Below, piece by piece: positions 39,726 through 49,253 of a stretch of 64,000 bases of DNA. This stretch comes from Sneathiella sp. Its GTDB lineage: Bacteria; Pseudomonadota; Alphaproteobacteria; Sneathiellales; Sneathiellaceae. The notes beneath the pieces are model-generated. The model had not been told where the DNA came from and did not search any database. It saw only the letters and a program-made list of their open reading frames with translations. The DNA lies in the NCBI RefSeq assembly GCF_041689005.1, contig NZ_JBDNHC010000106.1, forward strand, positions 7,996 through 71,995. The letters are read 5' to 3'. Numbering within the stretch: position 1 is the first letter of the stretch; the number at the start of each line of letters is the position of its first letter. A program made the position numbers and the translations under genes.

Positions 39726-40982
39726 ATGACCGCCTTTCACCGCCGATATTTTCGCTCTGTCCTTTTGGCCTTTCTTTTATCGACGATGCCGGTGTTGTCG
39801 GTCCCGGCGATGGCGTATGACCAGCTGTTGCAACTCGGGCCCCGCCCGCTCTATTTGATCGATGACATGGATGAGAGCCCCTTGAAGGACGAGCTTGAGC
39901 AATGCCGATCCGGGCCGTTCAAGACCACGGATTTCTCGATTGGCCATCGGGGTGCCTCGCTGCAATTTCCGGAGCATAGCCGCGAAGGCTATCTCGCGGC
40001 GGCAAGGATGGGGGCCGGTATCATCGAATGCGACGTGACCTTTACCAAGGACAAGGCGCTGGTCTGCCGCCATTCCCAGTGCGATCTAGCCCAGACGACA
40101 GATATCCTGAGCCAGCCGAAGCTTGCGGCGAAATGCTCGGATCCGTTCAGTCCGGCGGATAGTGCCACCGGCGCAAAGGCAAGTGCTAAATGCTGCACCT
40201 CAGACATTACGCTAGCTGAATTCAGAATGCTCCATGCCAAGATGGACGGGGCCAACCCCAAAGCGACGACCGCTGAGGAATATCAAAAGGGAACGCCCGA
40301 TTGGCGGACGGATCTTTACAACTCGCCGGGGACCCTGATGACCCATGCGGAGAGTATCAAGCTTATCGATGATCTCGGCCTTAAATTCATCCCCGAGCTT
40401 AAAGCCGCCGAGGTGTCGATGCCCTATGAAGGGACCTATAGTCAGCAGGATTATGCCACGGCACTGGTGGCGGAGTACAAAGCCGCCGGGATCGATCCCG
40501 GCCGCGTTTATCTGCAATCGTTCAACCTTGCCGATATCCTCCACTGGATTAAAAACGCGCCCGAATTCGGCGCCCAGGCGGTCTATCTTGATGATCGCTA
40601 CCAGGGCAACCGCCTGAACCCGGCCGATCCCTCCACATTCTCGCCCAGTATGGCCGAGCTTGCGGCTGACGGGGTGAAGTATATCGCGCCGCCGATATGG
40701 ATGCTTCTGGACCTGGATGCGACCGGCAAAATCATTCCGTCGGCTTACGCAAAAGAGGCGAAGAAGGCAGGCCTTAACCTTTTCACCTGGACGCTGGAAC
40801 GCTCCGGATCCCTGACTGAGGGGGGCGGCTGGTATTACAAGACAGTCGGTGCCGCGATCAATAACGAGGGCGATGTCATGACTGTCCTTGAGGTGCTGGC
40901 GAAGGATGTCGGCGTCAAGGGCGTTTTCTCTGACTGGGCGGCAACGACGAGCTATTACGCCAATTGCCGGGGCCTTGAATAG
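39726..40982 (+). CDS. Glycerophosphodiester phosphodiesterase family protein, secreted
   Basis: Signal peptide, then the GHRGAS..FPEHS..GY catalytic motif and ECDV. Confidence 0.8.
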   Translation: MTAFHRRYFRSVLLAFLLSTMPVLSVPAMAYDQLLQLGPRPLYLIDDMDESPLKDELEQCRSGPFKTTDFSIGHRGASLQFPEHSREGYLAAARMGAGIIECDVTFTKDKALVCRHSQCDLAQTTDILSQPKLAAKCSDPFSPADSATGAKASAKCCTSDITLAEFRMLHAKMDGANPKATTAEEYQKGTPDWRTDLYNSPGTLMTHAESIKLIDDLGLKFIPELKAAEVSMPYEGTYSQQDYATALVAEYKAAGIDPGRVYLQSFNLADILHWIKNAPEFGAQAVYLDDRYQGNRLNPADPSTFSPSMAELAADGVKYIAPPIWMLLDLDATGKIIPSAYAKEAKKAGLNLFTWTLERSGSLTEGGGWYYKTVGAAINNEGDVMTVLEVLAKDVGVKGVFSDWAATTSYYANCRGLE

Positions 40983-40993
40983 GCCCGCGGCTG

Positions 40994-43900
40994 TCAGGCC
41001 TCGTTGGCGGCAAGCAGTTTTGTGTTGCCGCCGGATGCCGTAGTATCGATACAAAGCGCCCGCTCGGATACATAGCTCCGCCAGTCCAGCCCTCCTGCGC
41101 CCGTAATCAGCGGAATGATCGCGCCCGTTCGTCCGGCAAGGGCTAGGCGATAGGACTGTAAATCATAGACATCCTCAGTGAGTGCCGCCCCGGCAAGCGA
41201 CGGCAGGGACGTGACCATTTCCGGATTAAGCGGTCCGTCCACAGCGAACACTAAATCTTTCAGCAGCTTTGCTTTTTCAGTGGCAGCGACAAGGGCCTTT
41301 GTCTCCGCGGACGCCTCCATCAACAGGACCGCGTTCCCGGTCAACAGGGCAATAGCCGCAAATTCAACCGCCTTTGCTCCGGCAGAAAGAATAACACCAC
41401 GGCCATGGAGCGAAAGCCGGTTGCTTTCCCCCGTCGGGCCAACGAGATTTTGCGGGGCCTGCCCGTAACCCGACGCTTCTTCCAAGCCGGCGGTAAATGC
41501 CCGCTTGGCATCTTCAGGCAATTTACTGGCAATTTTCTCCAGTATTGCACGTCGGTTATCCGTGCCGTCCCATTTAATTTGCGCGGCGCTGGCCCGTACC
41601 ATAAGCGGGGCGATCGCTTCCTGTCTGGACGTCGTAGGAGCGGCACTTTCCGCCGCTTTGGGGGCTATCGTCGCTCCCGACTTACAATTCGCCGCGGTCA
41701 TGAAGCGGCGTAGGTAAAGCGGTCCGCCTGCCTTGGGCCCAGTCCCCGACAATCCCTCTCCGCCGAAGGGTTGAACGCCGACAACTGCGCCGATCTGGTT
41801 GCGATTGACATAGAGGTTGCCGACATGGGCGCGATCGCAGATTTCCTGAACGCGCGTGTCAACCCGCGTATGCATGCCGAGGGTCAGGCCATATCCGGTG
41901 GCATTGATGCGGTCGACAACGGCTGTCATTTCATTGGCCTTGAAGGTCGCGATATGCAGGATCGGACCGAATATTTCGCGCTCCAATTCCCCGATCCCGT
42001 CAATGCGATAGGCGGAAGGAGCGACGAAACATCCGGAGGCGGCAAGGCCGGTCACGTCGAGCTTCTTGATCAAACGCTCCTTTTCCTCAAGATCCCGGCA
42101 ATGATCCTCGATCCCGGCCTTCGCCTCGTCATCGATAACCGGACCGACATCCACCGATATATCCCAGGGGTTACCGATTTTAAGCTCGTCCATTGCGCCC
42201 TTCAGCATTTGGATGACTTTTTCCGCGACATCTTCCTGAACATACAGAACACGCAGGGCCGAACATCGCTGCCCCGCCGATTGAAAGGCAGATGCCACAA
42301 TATCGCGCACGGCTTGCTCGGGCAGCGCACTAGAATCGACAATCATGGCATTGAGCCCACCGGTTTCGGCGATGAGCGGGGCCTGCGGATCGGCATTTTC
42401 GGCCATTGCCCTGTTGATCCGCTGCGCGGTGTCGGTTGAGCCGGTAAAACAGATCCCTTTTATGGCCGGATTGGCGGCCAGCGCCGCCCCGACCACCGCA
42501 CCATCGCCAGGTAAAAGCTGAAGCACGTCGGACGGGATCCCGGCTTCAAACATCAGTTCGACGGCCCGCGCGGCGATGAGGGGCGTTTGTTCGGCGGGTT
42601 TGGCAATGACCGGATTACCGGCGACTAGCGCGGCGGCGATCTGGCCGGTGAAAATTGCCAGGGGGAAATTCCACGGCGAGATACAGGCAAACAGGCCACG
42701 CCCGATATAATCGCCCGCCGTCATATCAAGGCGCGCGCGCAGGGCGTAATAGCGGCAAAAGTCTGCCGCTTCCCGCACCTCGGATATCCCGTCAAACACT
42801 GACTTGCCCGCTTCCCGACTGAGCAGAGCCATAAGCTCCACCCGGTGCCGCTCATAAAGATCAGCAACGCGTTCCAGTATCTCTGCCCGTGTCTCAACCG
42901 GTGTTGCCCGCCATTTTTTCTCTGCTCCCACGGCGATTTTGACTGCGGTCGCGACCTCTTTCTGTCCAGCGTCGATGCAATGCCCAACGATATCCGAATG
43001 AAGCGAGGGATTTAAGATCGCATGATTTTCGCCTACCTGCGCTTTCCCACCAATGACCGGAGCCGCCGTCCATTGGGTATCGTGAAATTCGGCGCGGGCC
43101 TTATCAAAATCAGCAAATGTCGAGGGATTGGCAAAATTTATCCCGCTGGAATTGCGACGGACGCCGCCGTATAGCCCTTCCGGGCTCGGGATTTTCGCAT
43201 TTGCAATCGTCGGGAAGCTTAGGATGGCGGAGACCGGATCGCGCACAACCTCTTTCGCCGGTACCTTTTCATCCAGCACCTGATTAACGAAAGAGCTGTT
43301 TGCCCCATTTTCCAGCAACCGCCGGACGAGATAGGCGAGCAGGTCTTCATGAATGCCAACGGGTGCATAAATCCGGCACCGGTTTTTATGCTGTCGCATG
43401 ACCAGATCATGAAGCCCCTCCCCCATGCCATGGAGCCGCTGAAACTCGAAATCATCACTGCCCTTGGCCATCTGCAAAATAGCGGCGACGGAATGGGCAT
43501 TGTGGGTGGCGAATTGCGGGTAAATGCGATCGGTCATGGCGAGGAGTTTTTTGGCGCAGGCAAGGTAGCTCACATCCGTCGAGGCTTTGCGTGTAAAAAC
43601 CGGATAACCGTCGAAACCCGCTACCTGGGCAATCTTGATTTCCGTGTCCCAATAGGCACCCTTGACCAGCCGGACCATGATCTTGCGATCAAGGCGGGTG
43701 GCAAGCGCATAGAGCCAGTCAAGGACGTAGGCCGTACGCGGTCCATAGGCCTGAACGACAACCCCAAAACCGTCCCATCCCTTCAGGTCCGGGCTCGCCA
43801 GAACCTTCTCAATCACATCCAGCGACAGATCCAGCCGATCCGCCTCTTCCGCATCGATATTAAAGCCCATGTTGGCATTTTTAGCCTGAAACACCAGACT

Positions 43901-44710
43901 GGACAGCCGCGGGACCAATTCGTCGAGAACCCGTTTGCGCTGAACATATTCATAGCGGGGATGCAAGGCAGACAACTTGACCGATATTCCCGGGTTTGAC
44001 CGGATATCAGTCTGCTTAATATTTTCCGAGAGAGTTGATATCGCCTTGGCATAGGCCATGAAATAGCGCTGGGCGTCGGCTGCGGTTCGCGCGGCCTCCC
44101 CCAGCATGTCATAGGAGTAGGTATAACCCTTCTTCTCCATCCCGCGGGCGCGTGTCAGGGCCTCCTGAATGGTACGCCCGAGCACAAATTGATGGCCAAG
44201 GACTTTCATCGACTGGCTGACGGCCTTTCGAATGACTGGCTCCCCCATGCGCTTGACCAGCCTGCGAACATGGGTCACAACATCAAGGTTATTATTGCCA
44301 AGCGGATGAACGACCTTGCCAGTCAGCATTAATCCCCAGGTTGACGCATTGACCAGTGGGGAGGCGGAATGACCTAGATGCCGGCTCCAGTCCGCCGGGG
44401 CAATTTTATCGCTGATAAGGGCATCCATGGTAATATCATCGGGCACCCGCAGCAAGGCCTCGGCGAGGCACATAAGCGCCACCCCTTCTTCCGTTGTCAG
44501 CCCGTATTCGCCGAGAAAGGTTTCCATGACACCCGGATCGTCGGCGCGACGCAACTCCTCAACCAGCACCGCCGCGTTATCGACTATTTCCTGGCGTTCT
44601 TCACCGCCGAGGTCCAAGTCTTTGATCAGCCGAGTGACAGTTTCCGTTTCATTCGCAAGATAGACGTTGCGAATGTCGATACGAAGCTTCTGCGTTTTCT
44701 TTCCGGACAT
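40994..44710 (-). CDS. putA: Bifunctional proline dehydrogenase / L-glutamate gamma-semialdehyde dehydrogenase
   Basis: About 1238 aa. It has a PRODH barrel (YSYDMLGEAA, VKGAYWD), an ALDH domain (FTGST, EXGGLN-like ETGGLNAMIVD, catalytic Cys in GQRCSA) and a C-terminal ALDH-like domain. Start set at ATG 44710 (MSGKKTQ); there is no RHH DNA-binding domain. Confidence 0.95.
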   Translation of the reverse strand: MSGKKTQKLRIDIRNVYLANETETVTRLIKDLDLGGEERQEIVDNAAVLVEELRRADDPGVMETFLGEYGLTTEEGVALMCLAEALLRVPDDITMDALISDKIAPADWSRHLGHSASPLVNASTWGLMLTGKVVHPLGNNNLDVVTHVRRLVKRMGEPVIRKAVSQSMKVLGHQFVLGRTIQEALTRARGMEKKGYTYSYDMLGEAARTAADAQRYFMAYAKAISTLSENIKQTDIRSNPGISVKLSALHPRYEYVQRKRVLDELVPRLSSLVFQAKNANMGFNIDAEEADRLDLSLDVIEKVLASPDLKGWDGFGVVVQAYGPRTAYVLDWLYALATRLDRKIMVRLVKGAYWDTEIKIAQVAGFDGYPVFTRKASTDVSYLACAKKLLAMTDRIYPQFATHNAHSVAAILQMAKGSDDFEFQRLHGMGEGLHDLVMRQHKNRCRIYAPVGIHEDLLAYLVRRLLENGANSSFVNQVLDEKVPAKEVVRDPVSAILSFPTIANAKIPSPEGLYGGVRRNSSGINFANPSTFADFDKARAEFHDTQWTAAPVIGGKAQVGENHAILNPSLHSDIVGHCIDAGQKEVATAVKIAVGAEKKWRATPVETRAEILERVADLYERHRVELMALLSREAGKSVFDGISEVREAADFCRYYALRARLDMTAGDYIGRGLFACISPWNFPLAIFTGQIAAALVAGNPVIAKPAEQTPLIAARAVELMFEAGIPSDVLQLLPGDGAVVGAALAANPAIKGICFTGSTDTAQRINRAMAENADPQAPLIAETGGLNAMIVDSSALPEQAVRDIVASAFQSAGQRCSALRVLYVQEDVAEKVIQMLKGAMDELKIGNPWDISVDVGPVIDDEAKAGIEDHCRDLEEKERLIKKLDVTGLAASGCFVAPSAYRIDGIGELEREIFGPILHIATFKANEMTAVVDRINATGYGLTLGMHTRVDTRVQEICDRAHVGNLYVNRNQIGAVVGVQPFGGEGLSGTGPKAGGPLYLRRFMTAANCKSGATIAPKAAESAAPTTSRQEAIAPLMVRASAAQIKWDGTDNRRAILEKIASKLPEDAKRAFTAGLEEASGYGQAPQNLVGPTGESNRLSLHGRGVILSAGAKAVEFAAIALLTGNAVLLMEASAETKALVAATEKAKLLKDLVFAVDGPLNPEMVTSLPSLAGAALTEDVYDLQSYRLALAGRTGAIIPLITGAGGLDWRSYVSERALCIDTTASGGNTKLLAANEA

Positions 44711-44873
44711 GGCACAACTCACCCTTTTGACCCTGTTATTGCGAGGGCATAATACCCCATCCACCACAGGATTTGTGACCAATTATTTCAATAAAATATT
44801 ACCTTTTATCCATATATTCCATATTCCTATCACTAAAGACCTGACTAAATCTATATTTGAAGGAAATACGACT

Positions 44874-46421
44874 TTAGGGTCGAACGCCGAAGCTGGGCAC
44901 GCCGGTCCGGCGCAAGGGGGCCGCCAATTCGGCAAAATCACATAGCAGTTTTCGAGTATCCCGGGGGTCGACAATCTCGTCAATCATAAAACGCTCGGCC
45001 GTCCGGAACGGGGAACGGAGCCGGTTAAGCCGTTCCTCAATCTCCTCGAGCTTTTTCTTGGGATCGTCTGAGGCTTCGAGCTCGGATTTATAGGCCGCCT
45101 CCAGCCCGCCCGCAATCGGCAGTGAGCCCCAGTCCCCTGACGGCCAAGCGTAGCGCAGATTGAACCGCCCGGAATTCATATGGGCTGCCCCCGCCACACC
45201 GTAGGTTTTACGGACAATCATGGCGCACCAGGGAACAGTTGCCTGGAAAATCGCCGTCATCGCCCTCACCCCATAGCGGATGGTCGCCTGATCCTCCGCA
45301 TGCCGTCCGACGAGAAAGCCCGGAATATCGACAAGATGCGCAACAGGCAGATGAAAGGTTTGCGCGAGATCGACGAAACGAAGCACCTTTTGTGAGGCTG
45401 CGGCCGTCCAGGCACCGCCATAATGATACGGATCACTGGCAATGATCGCGACCGGCCAGCCATCAAGCCGGGCAAAACCGGTGATGATTGAGCGGCCCCA
45501 TTTCCGGCCCATTTCAAAGAAGCTATCCTTATCAACCACAGCCTCAATGATCTTCCGCATCTTGTAGACTTTGCGCGGGTCCCGCGGTATCGCGTCAATC
45601 AGCCATTCTTCCCGTCGTGCCGGATCATCCTCAGAAGGTTGACGCTCCGGGAGGTCAAATACGGAAGACGGAAGATAGGATAGAAAACGGCGCGCAAGCT
45701 CAAATGCCTCTTCCTCACTATCGGCTTCATCATCGACCGCGCCGTTGCGGGTATGTATTTCAGAGCCGCCAAGCTCGTTCTTAGTCAGCTTCTCGCCTAT
45801 GCGCGCCACCACTGGCGGCCCGGCCACGAACATCTGCGAGGTTTCCTTGACCATGACCGAATAATGGCTGGCCGCCACGCGGGCAGCCCCGAGGCCCGCC
45901 GTCGAGCCGAGTGCCAGCGCCACAACCGGAACCTTTGACAGGTTATCAACCACGACTTCCCATCCGCTCACGGCGGGAACATAGGTCCGCCCCGCGGTTT
46001 CAATCGTTTTAACGGACCCGCCGCCGCCGGTGCCATCGACCAGACGCACAAGGGGGAGTTGCAGGCTGTTGGCCATCAACTCGACATGGGTCAGTTTTTC
46101 ACGAATGCCGGCATCATTGGCTCCGCCGCGCACGGTAAAATCATCTCCGGCAACAACGATCCGCTTGCCATTCACCCGGCCGCGACCCGTGATCAGGTTC
46201 GCCGGCTGGAAATCAACCATTTTACCGTTGTCGTCATATTCCGCCTTGCCGGTGACGGAGCCGACTTCCTCAAATGAGTCGGTGTCGAGCAGTTTCTCGA
46301 TACGGTCGCGAACCGTCAGCTTGCCCGCATTGACATGGCGGGCAACCTTCTCCTCTCCGCCCATTTTCTTGGCGAGCTTTTGCCGTAATTTCAACTCTTC
46401 AATTTCTTTTTCCCAACTCAT
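44874..46421 (-). CDS. Acyl-CoA carboxylase carboxyltransferase (beta) subunit
   Basis: 515 aa with two crotonase-like CT halves, DDFTVRGGANDAG and PVAIIASDPYHYGGA blocks. No biotin carboxylase/BCCP gene is present in the window. Confidence 0.85.
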   Translation of the reverse strand: MSWEKEIEELKLRQKLAKKMGGEEKVARHVNAGKLTVRDRIEKLLDTDSFEEVGSVTGKAEYDDNGKMVDFQPANLITGRGRVNGKRIVVAGDDFTVRGGANDAGIREKLTHVELMANSLQLPLVRLVDGTGGGGSVKTIETAGRTYVPAVSGWEVVVDNLSKVPVVALALGSTAGLGAARVAASHYSVMVKETSQMFVAGPPVVARIGEKLTKNELGGSEIHTRNGAVDDEADSEEEAFELARRFLSYLPSSVFDLPERQPSEDDPARREEWLIDAIPRDPRKVYKMRKIIEAVVDKDSFFEMGRKWGRSIITGFARLDGWPVAIIASDPYHYGGAWTAAASQKVLRFVDLAQTFHLPVAHLVDIPGFLVGRHAEDQATIRYGVRAMTAIFQATVPWCAMIVRKTYGVAGAAHMNSGRFNLRYAWPSGDWGSLPIAGGLEAAYKSELEASDDPKKKLEEIEERLNRLRSPFRTAERFMIDEIVDPRDTRKLLCDFAELAAPLRRTGVPSFGVRP

Positions 46422-46675
46422 GGAGACGCCCCTTTTGTTATTGTTTTTCTATGATAGCGGCGATCAGGATCCATTTTTCCCTGGATACAGCCAACCAACA
46501 CCTTGGATCCGGACTATTACCGGATCATCAAACCCGTCTATGGTATCGCTGTCAACCGCTTCGCTTAATAGACACCCATAGAGACCTGTGCCCCGCCTAT
46601 TAATTTCAAACAGGTTGCTCTTCCGTTTCCAGGGACTATGTTTAAAACAGATTTTACTTCTATTCGAGGTATAGA

Positions 46676-47497
46676 ATGATTGTACAGACGGCGCCGGATA
46701 ATGCTCCGCGATTTATTATGACAAACAGCCAGCATAGCGCCTTTGCTGGCCGCATGGCGCGACAATTCGGTAACTCGGATTTTGCGGATATAAATCCCTC
46801 GGCGGAAATGTTTTTTGTCATCGATCATCATGATCACGGCTGGAAGCCGATTGATGAAAACCCGCAGTTGGACCGGGAAACCGGGCTTCCCTATCATCTC
46901 GACCAAACACCTAAGGACCTCACTATAGAAACGCTCGTCCCCGGGGCAAAATTCAACGAGGCGCATCACCCTTACGCCGGCCTTCTGGCGGCGATGCATA
47001 TGTGGGGCCTATACAACGGAAGATATGGATTATCGGATTACCATCCCCTCAATATTGACGACAACACTCTGCGATCAGAATTCGAAAGTACCCTTGAGGA
47101 ACTGCTGGAACTTCAGAATGAATTGAAGCTGCAACTCGCACAAGATACGGTCGCCGCAGAGTGGATAGTGCAAAACCATCTTTTCCAGAATTACAAGCAG
47201 CTTGAATTTTTCGATGCTTTGGCGTTGTATTTCAACTGGTCCCCTGTGACATCGCGACGGAAGGCAACATTCACGTCGGTCCCGCTTAGTGAGCTTGCTG
47301 ATACGTCCATTACCGTCACACCACTTGAAGGCAACCGGTATGCCTTTGCGCCTTTCCCGTTCGTCCGCGAAGGACTTGAATTTTATTTTGAGGGGCGATA
47401 TCTGGCGCCGATGATAGATGCTCCCGAAGAGGAGATGCAGAACGCTCTTGCCAAAGCCCCGACAGAGCAGCAGACGGTCGTGTTTGTAGCAGGCTGA
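46676..47497 (+). CDS. DUF3891-like protein
   Basis: N-terminus MIVQ......F.MT.SQHSAFAGRMA and VIDHHDHGW resemble DUF3891 as I recall it. Not verified. Confidence 0.45.
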   Translation: MIVQTAPDNAPRFIMTNSQHSAFAGRMARQFGNSDFADINPSAEMFFVIDHHDHGWKPIDENPQLDRETGLPYHLDQTPKDLTIETLVPGAKFNEAHHPYAGLLAAMHMWGLYNGRYGLSDYHPLNIDDNTLRSEFESTLEELLELQNELKLQLAQDTVAAEWIVQNHLFQNYKQLEFFDALALYFNWSPVTSRRKATFTSVPLSELADTSITVTPLEGNRYAFAPFPFVREGLEFYFEGRYLAPMIDAPEEEMQNALAKAPTEQQTVVFVAG

Positions 47498-47519
47498 TAT
47501 TATCTATCGGAGCGCGGCA

Positions 47520-48395
47520 TCATCCCTCGGGCAAGGGGGTAAATTCTGTCTCTCCGGGGACCGGGTCAAACACCCCGTGTTGCCAGTCCTGTTTCGCCCG
47601 ATCAATCCGCTCACGGCTAGTCGAGACAAAATTCCAGTACATGAAGCGCGGCTCCGGCAGCGTATCGCCGCCAAAGATTGCCAGAACGGATGATTTTACT
47701 GCCGTGATGGTTGGCGTTGCATAATTGCGGAGAACAGCGAGGTTACCCTCTTCAATAGGTTTGCCGTCAATCTGTATCTCGCCCTCAACCACATAGAGAG
47801 CCGCCTCATCGTAACCTGCGGCGAGATCCAGATCCGCCCCAGCGTCCAGCCGGATATCCGCAAAAAAAAGTGGGTTCAGGGTTGTCACTGGCGATGTTTT
47901 TCCAAACAGCGATCCAGCAATCAGGCGCCCTTTCCAGCCGGGGCCGGATATCTCCGGCAATTCGGATTTCGGCGTATGGGCAAAGACAGGGTCAGTTTCC
48001 TGCTGCTGCAAGGGTAGGGCCACCCACATTTGCAAGCCATGCACGCGCTGATCAACCGCGCGTGCCGCTTCGCCGCTCCGCTCGGAATGAACAATACCCC
48101 GTCCCGCCGTCATCCAATTGACATCCCCGGGAGAAATCTCCTGAACGGAGCCGACACTGTCCCGATGTAAAATCGATCCGTCATAAAGGTAGGTAACCGT
48201 CGCAAGGCCGATGTGTGGATGAGGACGAACATCGAGTCCCTTTCCCGCAGCCAAGACCGCCGGTCCCATGTGATCGAGGAAAACAAACGGCCCGACGGCG
48301 CGACGTTTTGCAACCGGCAGCAGCCGCCGGACCTCAAAACCACCGATGTCCTTGGTCGCCCCGGTAATTACCAGATCAACCGAATGTGGTTCCAT
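47520..48395 (-). CDS. Pirin-family bicupin protein
   Basis: PHPHIGLATVTYL, MTAGRGIVHSE and the C-terminal FGG pattern. Confidence 0.85.
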   Translation of the reverse strand: MEPHSVDLVITGATKDIGGFEVRRLLPVAKRRAVGPFVFLDHMGPAVLAAGKGLDVRPHPHIGLATVTYLYDGSILHRDSVGSVQEISPGDVNWMTAGRGIVHSERSGEAARAVDQRVHGLQMWVALPLQQQETDPVFAHTPKSELPEISGPGWKGRLIAGSLFGKTSPVTTLNPLFFADIRLDAGADLDLAAGYDEAALYVVEGEIQIDGKPIEEGNLAVLRNYATPTITAVKSSVLAIFGGDTLPEPRFMYWNFVSTSRERIDRAKQDWQHGVFDPVPGETEFTPLPEG

Positions 48396-48407
48396 CCAAA
48401 TTTCCTC

Positions 48408-49190
48408 TTACTGGGCGGTCCAGCCGCCGTCGATTGATTGCAGGCTGCCGGTAATATTTTCTGCCGCATCACTGCACAGGAAGACCGCGAGGGCTGCGAC
48501 CTGCTCGATTGTCGTAAATTTCTTGGTTGCCGCAGAGGCCAGCATCACGTCATCAATAACTTCCTGCTCGCTCATCCCTCGGGTTTTGGCCGTATCCGGG
48601 ATCTGTTTTTCAACAAGCGGTGTCCAGACATAGCCCGGGCAAATCGCATTGACCGTGATGTTGTCACGCGCGACTTCCAGCGCCGCCGTCTTGGTCAGCC
48701 CGGCAATGCCGTGTTTCGCCGTGACATAGGCACTTTTGTTCGGTGAGGCAACGAGCGCATGGGCGGAGGCGGTGTTAACGATCCGGCCCCATCCACCTTT
48801 TTTCATAATCGGGATCACGTTGCGAATTGTATGAAAGGCCGAACTCATGTTGATCGCAATAATGGCATCCCACTTGTCGACCGGAAACTCCTCGATCGGG
48901 GCGACATGCTGAATGCCGGCGTTGTTTATCAAAATATCAATGCCACCAAATTCCTTATTCGCCGTTGCAATCATATCGGTAATCTGATCAGGCTTCGTCA
49001 TGTCAGCGCCATGGTACAGGCACTTGATTCCATGTTCACTTTCAAGGGCGCTTCTCAGGGTTTCGATCTCGGATTTGTCGCCGAAACCATTGATCATGAC
49101 ATTACAGCCTTCCGCTGCCAGAGCCCGCGCGTACCCCTCGCCAATACCAGAGGTTGATCCTGTGATGACTGCGTTTTTGCCTTTTAACAT
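48408..49190 (-). CDS. bdhA: 3-hydroxybutyrate dehydrogenase (SDR)
   Basis: LKGKNAVITGSTSGIGEG, NNAGIQHVAPIEEFP..KWD and YVTAKHG closely resemble characterised BdhA enzymes. Confidence 0.85.
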   Translation of the reverse strand: MLKGKNAVITGSTSGIGEGYARALAAEGCNVMINGFGDKSEIETLRSALESEHGIKCLYHGADMTKPDQITDMIATANKEFGGIDILINNAGIQHVAPIEEFPVDKWDAIIAINMSSAFHTIRNVIPIMKKGGWGRIVNTASAHALVASPNKSAYVTAKHGIAGLTKTAALEVARDNITVNAICPGYVWTPLVEKQIPDTAKTRGMSEQEVIDDVMLASAATKKFTTIEQVAALAVFLCSDAAENITGSLQSIDGGWTAQ

Positions 49191-49253
49191 TTCGCCACCT
49201 ATTCTATTGAAATATATAAATAAATTGGAGTATGAGCGGCGTAACGCCTGTCC

